NCBI GenBank assembly: GCA_021613535.1 | Contig: CP075493.1 | Span: 13,764,001-13,828,000, forward strand | Direction: 5' to 3' | Length of the DNA stretch: 64,000 bases | From: Adineta vaga | Lineage: Eukaryota; Animalia; Rotifera | Shown here: positions 36,855 to 49,600 of the stretch, in pieces | How the letters are laid out: each line of letters opens with the position of its first letter | Position numbering within the stretch: position 1 is the stretch's first letter | Made by a program: the position numbers and the translations under genes | The notes under the pieces: generated by a model | The model's input: the letters and a program-made list of their open reading frames with translations, nothing else | What the model was told of the DNA's origin: nothing | Database searches by the model: none

Positions 36855-38091
36855 TTATTTCTTTGTGATAAACGCAGACAACTTTTCGTTCAGTTTGATT
36901 GCCTTTGTATAATATGTTCGAGCCAATTGAGGATCATCATTTTTGGTACATAATTTACCGATTTTCTCACATATTGAAGCTCGTTCGAATGTCCAGTCGA
37001 GAACAAGTACTCCTACTTGAAAATATATGTCTCGTAATTTTGGGTATTTTCGTAGTACAATTCGATCATCTTCTGTAGTTTGCATATGCTCATGTGGATC
37101 GAAAATATAAATTTGATGAATACTGATCAATGATGATAATTCTGTTAAGATCTTCGTTTGATTCATATTGTTTGACTCTATGATTATGGGACAGAGATGT
37201 TTCAAGGAACAAATCTCTTTAAATGTTGCAATGAAAGCTGCGTAGTCGTCAAATAGCACTGCTTGTTCATTAGTCAAATTGGTTAGAATAGACGAAAGTT
37301 GAACAGCTTGTGGTCGATGTTCTTTTGAATGATAAATGAAAATACTATTATTCATACTTGTTTTTAAGTCGTCACCAATATATAGTTCGTTGTCTGACGA
37401 ATTATTTTCATTCTGAATCATTTTATAGCTTGATCAATGAGATTTTCAACGTCTCGATTCATTGTTAAGGTTCCAATGTCAGTCAACTCGTCGGCACGAA
37501 GCAGAAGCGTTTTTGCCCAATAAAAGTAAGTTAGAGCTTGATTAGTATCAATTAGTAACCATACGTCAGCGATTTTTTGCCGACTGCGATATAATGAAGT
37601 GCTATATCGCGTAATAATCGGCATAAGAGATCGGCCTCGTGACTAAAGACAAATACATATTCAGCATACTCCAACATCCAATCAAAATCCAGAGATGGAG
37701 AAAAAGTAAAAACATAGATATGAATAAAATCTTTTTCGAGTGCTTCTGAACACTTCCCGAATATACTGGGAAAAAATGTACGCGCAATAGAATCGGATAC
37801 AATAAGATAAATTTGTTTTTTTCTTTCAAGACAGTTGAGTATGCCAATTAAACAATCGTCTGTATTCGTGAAACACAGTAGTCGAAAGTCTTTGCAAAAG
37901 TCGAACGATACCGTATGTGGTGCAGATAAAAGTAATATGTTATCAGAGTCTCTATCTAAAAGGTTAATCGGGAATGCAATGGATGGATCAGTAGAGCTGG
38001 CAAATGCTTTTTTCAGACGAATATTATTGTGAGGATCACCAATATAAGCATCTAACCAAATAACCACGATGTCATGAAACGACTGATCCAT
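36855..38091 (-). pseudogene. Receiver-like alpha/beta domain plus TPR-like helices, duplicated; split by two frameshifts
   Basis: IVVIWLD...CFTNTDDC...IYLIVS...IYVF is the type of N-terminal domain I associate with rotifer ART/TPR proteins. ORFs 37552-38091, 37418-37624 and 36855-37421 overlap in successive frames. Confidence 0.6.
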
Positions 38092-38467
38092 CCTTTACGA
38101 CGTTTCTTTTAAATAATCTGAAAAAAAATGAGAAATTTATTACGTACCGTTTAGTGAAATCGGTTACTTAGTATCAGTGTGGTATACCAGTTTCCTTTTT
38201 TACAACTGAAGAAAAAACCAACTCATGTGCAATGCATTCCAAGACAAAAATAATGTTATTCTTATGCACACGTTGAATTTATTTTTCTTTTCTACTTCCT
38301 TTCTCCATTCTCTGAACACGTTGAAAACAATCTCAAATAAAACATAAGATGCAAATTTACAAGCGTCTTCTCTCAAAAGGAATTTTTTTACTTTGAAAGC
38401 CTGAAAGAATAGTATATTAGTCTAGCATTTTAATTTTTTCATAAAAAAAATATATTTTCAAAGTTGA

Positions 38468-38500
38468 TCTTGAGGGTGTGGATATGGACCTGGGTGTGGG
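38468..38500 (+). repeat. Terminus of a dispersed non-autonomous element family (TCTTGAGGGTGTGG)
   Basis: Related termini at 2645 (+), 58172 (+), 40842 (-), 43757 (-) and 46166 (-). Confidence 0.6.
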
Positions 38501-39100
38501 GTGTTTGCAATGTGTATATTCATCTATTGCTAATCTTAAGCTTTAGTGAGTATGTGCACCTATGAGCTTCAGGTTACCGTAAGACGAAAGTTTAGTATAA
38601 TGTATAATTTTCCCTTTAGGGATTGGGTCGAGTGAGGTCTAAGGGACTGACTCTTTACTTTAAATGTTACAATCTTTTAATAAGAAAAATGTTTTATTAC
38701 AAATTATTCTACAAAAAAGATCGAACTGTTTTGTCGAATGTTGCGATTAAAAGAAAGAGATTTGTATTACTTATTCCTATATAGCTACTAGAGCAACTCT
38801 TCCAACATTAGCACATGCAAAAAAGACTTCTGTCTTTCGCTTCGTATCGTTCTCTCGGTTATATGAAGAAAACACTGAAACAGGTAAGGAGAAGCGTAGT
38901 TTATTAGAAATGGACATGAGAACGTCACAGAACGAAAATTCGATGTTCTATTGAGTAAAAATAACGAAAAAAAATAGATTTCGCATACTCATTAATCAGC
39001 AAAGCCTATCACCCAGTACACAATAGACAACAAGACGTTTGCTCATATCCTCGCATACTTTGTTTAATTTATAAAAAGGTTTTGTAATTGATTTTTTGGT

Positions 39101-40118
39101 TTATTTCGTGTTTGGGTGATCAAGACAATCAACAATAGCTTGAATAATGCTAACTAAAGATGATACCGTTGTCCATTGAACTTTTTCTTTCAGTAATTCA
39201 TTATCAAAAATTCCTGAAAAACATGACTAGTTCTATTTCTAATGTTTGTTTTAGACATTATTTCACTTACCATTTTCATTAATATTTGGATGATTGATAG
39301 AAGTTAGAAATCGTACTGTAGGTGGATCGATTGGATAAGTTCTTGTTAATTGTAGTTCAATTCTAATTGAAACTTCTTTATAAACGTCTGATGTAGGAAA
39401 TATTTGCCCAATGATAGTATAATTTCCTACTTCTCCTACTTGCACATTATCTACTTCATTATCATCCTCATCCTCATCATTAAATGGTGATGTTTCGAGT
39501 ATAAATCGAATCGGTGCATTATCTTTGCCTAGTAATTTTAATCGAGTAATATCTGTATAAAGATTCTTGCTTACTCTTGGATCAACTGTATTGGTAGATT
39601 CTATAGAAGTGGAAGAAGAGAAAAATGATTGTGAGTAAATACTAGTTGAACGTACCCGAATTGATATTTGTTTTTAACTTGAGATGATCTTCAGCAATTG
39701 ATTTTGTATTACTAATTGCAACAACAATTGGATCTTGTTTATCTCTTTCGATATTGTATCGTCCATATGAAATTGCCGTTAAATCATCTTTAGTTTGCTT
39801 CGCTGGATGAATTAACACAATTCCATCAAATGTACCTGTATAAATATAATAATTTGTTCGACTTTCATACTTAAATCCAATAACAACTGCATCGCTATCT
39901 GGAGATCCAGGTGCATAAATATAATTTGATAAGCTCTTTGTAGCTATATTGATCAATTCATTCAAAGGTGTTTCTTCATTATTTAACATATTTTGAAAAT
40001 ATAAGGAACCATTACGGAATAGGACCCATTCTTTATGACGATCATCTCGAGGTTTAATCAAATGGTAAGCAGCATTGATGAAAAAGATGTGGAAATTATC
40101 TTCGGCTCTGTAAGTCAT
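39101..40118 (-). CDS. Unknown N-terminal domain fused to a ubiquitin-conjugating (E2) fold lacking the catalytic Cys
   Basis: Exons 39656-40118, 39271-39600 and 39101-39213. The spliced product reads YPIDPPTVRFLTSINHPNINENGIFDNELL...WTTVSSLVSIIQAIVDCLDHP. Confidence 0.8.
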
Positions 40119-41365
40119 GATCGATACAAGTTTTATTTGCACTTAGAAAAGTGGAAAGCAAAGTTATCCTAATATACATATAAGGGTATCGTCCAACACA
40201 GCGTTAGATAAGAAAATTCCAACTAACGGTCAACATATATTATCGCGCTTTGATAAATAGTGTAATCTGAGTGTTTATGTATTGAAGGAAAAAAGAAATT
40301 CACGACTACAAATGAAAAAAAATGACTATGAGAGATTTTACGTAAGTAAAGTTAGCACTATATTCGAGTATTGCTTGTCCAGAGTCGCCTAGAAATTTGT
40401 ATGAAATGCAGAATTCAATTGTCTATCGAATGATGTTATTCTCGAGTGGGGCCATCAGCAGCAAAGAATCAGTACACCCATACACCCTCAACCCTTCGGC
40501 TTGCTGAATTCACAAGTATTCGCTTTAAATATTTACTTAATCAATACTACACTACATTGTGGACGAATAGTTTTGAGTATTCATCATGAGAATAAAAATA
40601 ATGAATATGTCTTGGAATCCGGAGAGTAAAAATCCGAAAAAGGAAAAATTTCTAATATCCTTGTAACGAAAGAGAAAAGATAATATTCTTCGATAAATGT
40701 TTTCTGCTGTCTGTGTCAATCATGATCATCGTCTACCGAGTACTATTCTACTTCATTGCGTTCTGGGTGAGGGTGTGGGTGGGTACGGTTGAGGCTGTAG
40801 AAGGGTACAAGTTGGTGTCTTTATCCACCCACACCCTCAAGATATCGCAGAACTTCATAAGAAAGTTCTTGATTTAGAAAGTAAAATGAAAAGCATGGAA
40901 CAAAACCAATGGATTACTGTTGAGTACGAACTTGAAGGCACTCTACCACAAAATACATTTTTGTATTAATTATACTGGTTATTCTAACTTTAATTTCTAT
41001 AAAAGAAAAAGATCAATGCATCAGTATAGTCTACTGATAGTCAACTCGTAATAAATGTATGCTATTGATTTCGAGAATGATACAATTTTTAATGCTAGTT
41101 ATGCATATCGTCTTATTTTAGACCAGTCACTCGTTACTTCATTCCATTTGCAATGTACATATGATGGTGAGCATTCGTATAGCTATTGAATAAATAAGAA
41201 ACGATATCAGTCATTGTAACATAATCTCTTTATTATATCTTTAATACGATGAAATAGAGCATACAAAATACAAATCAATGTATTTGTGGTCGAACTAATA
41301 TTATCATTCTTCTTTATATCTCATAGAATGACTTAAATAATTAGCTGTGAATCTCTTGTTTCTTA

Positions 41366-42175
41366 TCAAGCGCGTGTCTTGAATTCACACAGTGCCTTAT
41401 AAATGGGCATGCTTTTTTCAATAAGCTGTTGTACATCGTCAGGCAGAACGAGTTGATCTTTTTTATCTTTCAACTTTTCTATCCGATTAAATCCCGAACT
41501 ATACTGTGCCTCTTCGTGCCAACCTTCCCATTTATCAAAAGCTTGAACTCTTTCCGATTTCCAGTTGATCATACTCGGTTCAAATCGTTCGTTAATTCCT
41601 AATTCACAGTACATTCGCATCGTCGTTTGAGGATCTTTGACAAGTTCGTCTGCTTCAACCAAAAATGGCCGAGTACCAGTGAGTTCAGTGAGGAATTCGA
41701 ATAGAGCCTGGAACTCCGGATAACCTATATCGTCATGAATGAATTCCTGATTAGTTGAAACATATGCGCGATACAATGATGGTACCGACTTTTCTGGTGA
41801 ACGTAGAATAAACGTATGTTTACATCGCTTGAGAAAGTCAAGTGGAAGGACAGTTGGATTTTCGCGATGTAATTTATAATCCGGTCGTACAACATGCCGT
41901 GCCATATCTTTGGCAAATACGTTTTTCTTTTCTTTATTTTCAGCAGCCTTGAGAATCTCGTTCATCACTTGAGAATAGGTTATATTGATATATTCAGCAT
42001 GCGCATCGAGATTATTTTCATGGTAATTGTAAATACGTTCGGGGCCAAAGTAACAAGGTTCACCGAAAGGTTCATGAAAAGTAATATAGTCTTCTCGCTG
42101 AATGAAAGCTCGTTCGAATGCAGTCGAAATCGAACGAACATGTGACCAAAGGAAGACGATTTTTGTTGGTTCCAT
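41366..42175 (-). CDS. Sulfotransferase-like P-loop protein (BCAT-like N-terminal / Sulfotransfer_5 type), intronless
   Basis: WSHVRSISTAFERAF, HEPFGEPCYFGPER, FAKDMA, HTFILRSPEKSVPS and WH...SSGF. Confidence 0.8.
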   Translation of the reverse strand: MEPTKIVFLWSHVRSISTAFERAFIQREDYITFHEPFGEPCYFGPERIYNYHENNLDAHAEYINITYSQVMNEILKAAENKEKKNVFAKDMARHVVRPDYKLHRENPTVLPLDFLKRCKHTFILRSPEKSVPSLYRAYVSTNQEFIHDDIGYPEFQALFEFLTELTGTRPFLVEADELVKDPQTTMRMYCELGINERFEPSMINWKSERVQAFDKWEGWHEEAQYSSGFNRIEKLKDKKDQLVLPDDVQQLIEKSMPIYKALCEFKTRA

Positions 42176-42444
42176 TGACTAAAAATCAAAAACAATGAAA
42201 TATTATCGCAGTATGAAAATATGAAAAAAGATAAGCATTTAAGCTTTCGTTCTTGTTATTCTTTTTTGCTCGCTAAGCAAAGAAAGTATCACGTGTAACT
42301 GCATCGGATAGAATGGAGGTGTGGAGTGAATGAGGTTGTAAATAATAGTGAATACATAAGCGATATATGATACTTATGCTCTCACTCACATATTTATTAG
42401 ATTAAATATTAGCAAAAAAAAGTTCGTATTGTTCGTTTTTAGTC

Positions 42445-43139
42445 TTATGAAAATAAACGAAATAATGCATTGAAGATAATAATCATTATCAAGAAATACA
42501 TATTTGAACCCATGCCCACAATGATCAATCTATTAGCAATGGCAGATGAGCAAAGTGGTGGTACATTAGCAGGAAATATGCCAGCGAAATTTCCAGCAGG
42601 ATAATAATTTGCCACGACTTTCACCGACTTGTTATCACTAGACCAGGCAATACCAATACCTAATTGAGTTGAACTCTGCCAAATAACTTGTGTAAAATGG
42701 CCAGTCGAAGCAGAAAATCCTGGTGAATTATAATTGTACATAGATATTTCACTATACCAACTATCCGTCGGTGTTGTACCTATAAATAGATATGAGAAAT
42801 ACGTTTCGTCTTCTTCGTGATAAATATTTTACCTGTGACAGAATCAATAACACCCGATGCAGACGCAGCCCACAGATTTTCACCTAAACCTGAAGCTCCA
42901 CTATGTGCAAAGAGATTATTCTTGGCTAAATATTCGGAATAATTTTGTGCAATTTGAGTCAATGTGGAATTGAGCACCATAGCGCCCACACAATGAAGTT
43001 GACGTTTGATATTATGTTCAAGAAGAGCTTCTTGATGAAAATTTGCAAGTATAAATGCACTTGAAACAGGGTGATAGAATATTATTGCCAGGACTGATAA
43101 ACATAGCATCATTCTCATCATAATTTGTATTTTGTACAT
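42445..43139 (-). CDS. Secreted CAP/SCP (GAPR-1/PR-1-like) protein with hydrophobic tail
   Basis: Signal peptide, HNIKRQLH, GENL, WYSE, GHFTQVIW and VVANYYPAGN; intron ~42780-42832. Confidence 0.88.
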
Positions 43140-43961
43140 ACCTTTGAATACTTTTTTTTTCACTTTTCGTTTTATACTAACGGAGAATAGACGTAACTGT
43201 TTTCGAGGTAAAATTTTATTTACTGCGCAAATAATACTTCATTTATATTAACTTTCGAAAGCCTATGTGTGAAGTTTGTACTTTTATACACTTATCACAT
43301 ATATAACATATATTTTTTTTGTCAGATCGCAGGGATTATGAAGAAAGGATTGTATACTTGAGAGAGATGCTATAACGGTATATTTTCTTTTAAAATAAAC
43401 TGAATTAAAAGTCAACATTATATATACATTTGTGCTTTTCTGTTGTTTTTTTTTCAAAAAAAAACTCGAGATATTAAATTATGTTTTCTTTTATATGACT
43501 GATCATGTGTTTGAGACATGCAGTTTACATACTCGATACGGATTCATAAAATGATTGACGGCCGATGTCGACGTCAAATTTTTATTTGATAAATATAAAA
43601 TCATAGTCTAAGTTCAATAAAAATTCTCTTTGTCTATCGATGAAATATTCTTTCATACTTCTTTGAATCTAATAGCTTAGATGATTTATTGCGTACTGTA
43701 AATTGTAAAGATGTGTGTATGGATCTTGTTGATAAAAGAAAACTCTCACCCTCAAGATGATATGCTCTCGCTTATTCTCGTATCAAAAGCTTATCTGACG
43801 TCATTGTTTGACAATCTTTTTCAAAGGACAAATAAATATCGAGAAGATTTGATTGCAACACGCGCATTTTTATCTTGCTCTAATTCTATAGAGCAACGCA
43901 ATTTATCTGGTATCTACTTTTTTCATATCAACGAAGAAATAAGAACGTATAATAAAACAAG

Positions 43962-46036
43962 ATGAATGAACGACTGTTTTTTATTTTGAATGTATGTTCG
44001 ATTGTTTCGGCTTGGTACTCGTGTTCGTTTAATGATGGATCATTTAATAAAACGATCGTAGGCAATGCCATAATTCAAGCGGAATGTATGTATTTAACTA
44101 GTCCACTTGAATGGAACCAATTGGATCCAAATACATTCGACGGCCTATACTATAATGCAACAAAGTCGATTCCACTCACAGATCTGCACATGAAACGATT
44201 ATTTCTGTCAAATTTACCACCACGAAATACGTCAACTGTGAAACATATAATCAATTATTGGCTTGTCAATGGTGCTGGTGGTTCACAAGCTTTAATGGAA
44301 TCATTTGGAATATCAATGTTAAAAGAAATTATTTTGAATCATTATCATGAGAAATATCATCAAACATATCCAATTATGTATCTATTTCAATACAGAGGAG
44401 CGGGTTTAAGTAAACCATCTATTCATTGCCATACTGCGACAAGTTGGATTGATTGTGCACAAGAATTAATTCACACTACCGTACTAACATCAGTGAATGA
44501 ATCATTAAGAATAATTCATGCAATGTCAAATCAAAATATTGCTCAAGATCTACAATATCAAATTCAATATTCGATTAATCAATCGGAATCGATCTGTTCA
44601 ACCTCAACTTATATCTACGGCCTAAGTCAAGGTATAAGAGGACAGTAATTAAAACTCTTTCTAATCCTGCTCTATATTCACCAATCGTACTCTTATATGA
44701 ATTAGAGATCTCCGTAGTATACTTATAATATCACTACTGTTATTTTTTTTCTTTCATTAAAGGTACAGCCATCATTCAGTACTATTTATCGATTCAATCA
44801 ATTAATTTCCAATTACAACAAATCAACGGCATAATTCTAGACGGAGTCATGTCAATACAAAAGGGAGATTCATTTGAAAACCAAATTAAATCAATAAACA
44901 ATCGATTCTATATGTATTTATCGAAGTGTCAAAATGATATTCAATGTTCGAAAGCTTTTAATCGTGTTACTGGTACTGATCAAGATATTATAAGCGTAAC
45001 ACTAACATTACAAAGACTATTTTTGACCAACATGACTAATCCTCTCTGCACAACTAAATTAGGTTTGAATAGTTGGATGTTATTTTCTCTTATCGCTAGT
45101 CAAGGAATAGAACTTATTACTACTCGACCAATTGCTGCCATTCTTATCGCTCGTGTTTACCGTTGCTCTATTGAAGATCAACGCGTTTTATCTCATGCAT
45201 TTCCAGTTTTGATTGCAATGGCAGAACAATCATTAACTCCACAATTGATCGATCCTCCTAACAACTATCTAGCTGATGGTATGGTTATAAGTATTGTCAC
45301 TGTTTGGAGTGACTTTGTTGGCTTTACTTTGGATGAAAGTGTCAAAACGAATCCGAGTTTTTACAATGATTTCTGTATTAATGTAAAAATCACCAATGAA
45401 TTTTCTTTCGCACCGATTGGTCCAATACCAATTTGTCGTGAAACTCAAATAGCTAAAAATAATTATTCTGTACCAGCTATATTTCAAGATATTTTGTATA
45501 CAAAAAATCCACGTTATTGGGGAAACTTTCAAGTTAATCCAAATATATTTCGGACGGGTAAAAGTGGTGTACTGATGTTCAACGGTGATTTAGATTACAA
45601 TACACCGATGTTTAATGCACAACAAACTCAATTATTGTTTCAGTTAGAAAATATTCGAACAAAATTGATCGAAATGAAAGATCTAACACATGTCACTGGT
45701 TTTCAATCATATGCAAAAGATGCAGTTATTGAATCGACAACATGTACAGATCAGATTATAGTTCAATTTTTGTATCAACAAGAATTGAATTTAGATCTCG
45801 AAACAATCAATTATAATTGTAGTTTGAAAGAAAATTTATTTGGAATTGATTGGTTATATTCGAATGCAATTGTTAATACAACATTATATCAAATGTTTGG
45901 TAGTTCAACAACAAATTATTGGGGAATCAATATAACATCCGATGACACAATCAAACCGATTCATAATGAATCAAGTAAAGTGCTTTTTGATCAAAAATTT
46001 CTTCTTCTGTTGTTGATAATATTTAATTATCACTGA
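43962..46036 (+). CDS. Secreted alpha/beta-hydrolase (S33/TAP-like peptidase type), 2 exons
   Basis: Signal peptide, NGAGG, YRGAGLS, nucleophile motif GLSQ|G across intron 44632-44762, NGDLDYNTP (Asp), LTHVT (His) and a hydrophobic C-terminal tail. Confidence 0.8.
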
Positions 46037-46206
46037 ATAAAATCAAACGCTGGATTGAACTACTCTTTCGATTATGAATAGGGTGTAGATGTGATTGCGA
46101 GCATAGATGAGTACGAATGTGAGTATATCTTCTTCGTCATCCTCGCTCACACCCACACCCTCAAGATGCGGCTTTCTCTTTTCTATCCACAGTCATACTC
46201 TCAAAT

Positions 46207-47055
46207 TTATTTTTGTTCGATAATAAATTCAGAACGTTGATATATAAATTCTCTAGAATGAGCTAGAGGGTGACCAGAAGGATCGTAGTAAGTATTAAAC
46301 CATCGATCAAGAAATGTCCAAAAAGTTGATAAATTTTTTCGTCCGAATTGATGATGAAAATAATGACCAGTCGAACCGTGCCATGCAAAACGGCCAATAC
46401 CACTCCAATTATGAAACATCCAAGGAAAATCATAACCAGAATGAATATTCGTTGCTACGAAATGAATAAATATAATGGATACGAGACGAGTTATAGGATC
46501 CATTTGGAGTGGAATCATAGCTCCAAGAAAAAAGACTAATCCGGCAAAACATTCTAATCCACTTGCATAGAAGCCATTCCATGGATATATATATCTTCCA
46601 CAACTGGCATGATGTGTTGCATGAGCTCGATGAAAAAATGAAGCAATATGTGGATGAAGATGGGTGATATGATGAAACATATGAGTACATATATCAAAGA
46701 TCATAGTATACCCTATTGGTTTCCATAATAGAGTGAACCAAGTTGGAGCATCATAAACATATTGATTAGGCCGATGGAATAAGATTTCGTAGATTAGTAA
46801 GGGAAAAATATGCCATTTAACCATATTGATGAATGATGCTTTAATGTAATAAGCAATTTCATGTGATGATGTATGCAAATCTTTTCGAATCTTCCATTGT
46901 TTACCTGGTAAATAGTCAAGCTCAACAAGAGCATAGATACACATTAAAATTAAACACCAAACGATACGAATTACATGTTCAGGTAAAATATGATTCATAT
47001 ACCAATGTTGTTGCAACAATGTTGCATGTGCATATTCAAGTAACGGTGGTAACAT
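46207..47055 (-). CDS. Fatty acid hydroxylase / sterol desaturase superfamily enzyme, intronless
   Basis: His boxes HHITH, HATHH, HSGYDFPW and HYFHH; ATG at 47055. Confidence 0.85.
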   Translation of the reverse strand: MLPPLLEYAHATLLQQHWYMNHILPEHVIRIVWCLILMCIYALVELDYLPGKQWKIRKDLHTSSHEIAYYIKASFINMVKWHIFPLLIYEILFHRPNQYVYDAPTWFTLLWKPIGYTMIFDICTHMFHHITHLHPHIASFFHRAHATHHASCGRYIYPWNGFYASGLECFAGLVFFLGAMIPLQMDPITRLVSIIFIHFVATNIHSGYDFPWMFHNWSGIGRFAWHGSTGHYFHHQFGRKNLSTFWTFLDRWFNTYYDPSGHPLAHSREFIYQRSEFIIEQK

Positions 47056-47251
47056 TGCGTCCAATCGACGGTATTAGTCAACAAGAATGAAACAAAAAAA
47101 AAATAGCATCGTGTTTTCGTGACGCAGCAAACAATTGTGAGATTACGTTTACATATTACTAATAGATAAGAAAAAAGACAAACATTTTTCATCTTATCTT
47201 TTAAATGAAGAAAGACTAAATAGAACGTTATTCAATTATGAAGAACAGAAA

Positions 47252-47680
47252 TCATAGATTGTATTTGTTTAGCTTTATCGAATATTGAGTATGAATATAA
47301 TTTTCAAAAATTTTTAGTGCTTTTTTTAAATAAACAATTTTATTTGAATTACCATCTTGATACAACGAAGCAATATCCATATTAATTGAAATCAAATTGA
47401 AATCAGCTTTTTTCTTGAAAGCCTTGTTTTTGATAAAGATAAATTGAAGATTTAATCGCATGTAGTTGTATCTGATCATCGAAAAATAAGAGCTTCTTAT
47501 GCTCACTTCATATGCGACTTGATAAAATTCTTTTGCATTATCATAATCTTGTTTACCCAGAAAAATATCCTCGATAATATTTTGACAATAAATAATTTCA
47601 TAATAGGGTAATCGATATATTTGATGAAGAAGATCTATCGTGCTTCAATAGCTTGTTCGAATCTAGAAATTCCAGATATA
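47252..47680 (-). pseudogene. TPR-like remnant
   Basis: IEDIFLGKQDYDNAKEFYQVAYEV and DIASLYQDGNSNKIVYLKKALKIFE read like TPR helices; contains stops and no clear start. Confidence 0.35.
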
Positions 47681-47812
47681 TTAGATAATATTATTTCTAA
47701 ATTGCATGGATTATTTATGATAGAGAATTTTATTTCTTTCACAAAAGTACACCATAATATAAACAGAAATATACAAATAGGAAAACAAATACGTCGTTTT
47801 TTTCTTAATTGT

Positions 47813-48715
47813 TCAAATCTTTAATTTCTTCTCGATCCAGATAGTCATATGAGATAAGATTTCTTCGTTTCCTAGATCATTGTGAAGTTCATGAAAATGA
47901 CCTGGCCATATTCTAAAAGTAACATCACCTCGTACTCTCTTTCGTACCCATTTTTTAATACCATTGATTGGCGTTATTGTATCTGCATCACCATGCTGAA
48001 TCAATAATGGCCATGGTGCATAAATAATGTTCTGTTCTAAGAGAACTCCTAATTCCAAAAGTATAGAAGTTGTTGCTGCTGTCCATCTATCATGAATGAG
48101 TGAATCATTTCGATAGGCTTGAACTACTCTTTCATCATTACAGTACACATTAGAATAGTTCCCATGAACGGGTAAACGAAAATGAGGATTTAAATTAGCA
48201 AACGCACGCGAGAAAAAAAGCAATAATGATGTAGGTCGTCTTCTAAGACATATTGATGGTGTGCTAATAATCATGGCTTGACAAGTTAATGGTCTCGACG
48301 GTCGTAAAAGAATATGAGAAAGACACAAAAGCGATCCGGTTCCATGCGCATAGATCACTAAAGGAGTATTTCGATAAAGTTCAGTTTGAATGCGATCAAT
48401 GATGCATTTAATATCGTCAAAAAGAGCATCGAGATTTGGTGTATAACCACGTTCACCATCCGACAGACCATGACCTCGTAAATCAAAACTAACTACAGCG
48501 ATTTGTCGATTATTGAAAAAATGAGCTACGTGAGTGTAACGTTGACAATGTTCTCCTGATCCATGTATAATAAGTACGACAGCACGACATTCATTATTCG
48601 TGAGTGACCAATGCCGTCCATGTAGGCGAAGCTGATCATATGGAGAATTAAAAATAAACGTTTCTCCATTATCATTGCCATTATTAACTCCAGTTTCGAT
48701 GATATCTTCGTTCAT
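47813..48715 (-). CDS. Monoglyceride lipase / lysophospholipase-like (Hydrolase_4) protein lacking the catalytic Ser
   Basis: IIHGSGEHCQRY, FDLRGHGLSDG, HGDADTIT and FHELHND are present, but the elbow reads YAHGTGS instead of GHSMGG. Confidence 0.85.
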   Translation of the reverse strand: MNEDIIETGVNNGNDNGETFIFNSPYDQLRLHGRHWSLTNNECRAVVLIIHGSGEHCQRYTHVAHFFNNRQIAVVSFDLRGHGLSDGERGYTPNLDALFDDIKCIIDRIQTELYRNTPLVIYAHGTGSLLCLSHILLRPSRPLTCQAMIISTPSICLRRRPTSLLLFFSRAFANLNPHFRLPVHGNYSNVYCNDERVVQAYRNDSLIHDRWTAATTSILLELGVLLEQNIIYAPWPLLIQHGDADTITPINGIKKWVRKRVRGDVTFRIWPGHFHELHNDLGNEEILSHMTIWIEKKLKI

Positions 48716-49600
48716 CTATGTTTTTCTCTATGAAGAAATACCAAATGAGTATACTTAGGTAGCAAAACAGTATAAATACATGACTAACATACGTATATAT
48801 GTATAAATCATTTAAAAGAGAAAGAGATATAGTGATATAACTTGTTTTTTTCTTAATAAATCAATATTTTCTCCATTAAGACCAGACTGTTTCTTTCATC
48901 AAACATTGTATCTCATATTTCTAAGAAAAAGCAATCAAGAAGGTATGATATTGAGAAATTTACCTGTACACGTCCAACTATGAATATATCTATAGTCATA
49001 AAAATCGATTAGTATTTTTCTAAAGTATCACACAACAGTGTGGAAGAAATAAAATTTGATCTTTTCTTCCTTATAGGTATTTCCCAGTTCATACGAAAAC
49101 TGTTCGAAAAAAAACGTCGCAATAAACGATGAGTAAGGGAGAAACATAGAAAGCTATTAATTTGTCAGACACAGATATAATAATGATTTTTTGTGCAATA
49201 AACTTGGTTTTCTCCAACTTGTACATAGCTGTCAAATTTAAATAAGAACGAAAAAGAAAATCATATCGTTGTACAATCTTAAGTTGATATAAACATGTAA
49301 GTACATTCACATAAGTACATTTTCGAATTATAGTAAATGCGAAACTTGTGAAATTTAAACTCTTATCGATTTTTCATACAAAAATTAAATATAAAAGAAT
49401 AGTTTCTGATCACGACGAGAGGTATAATCGATATATGTTCAAAATTGTCTCAAGTTTAGAATTCACCGTATTTAAATATAAAGATATTTCAAATGCAAAC
49501 TTTATATTTCTAGGCAAGCTTGGCTCATACAACTTTACTATAAGTAAAACAACAACAACATGAAATATCACTATAGATAATTATTCTCTATGCATATAGA

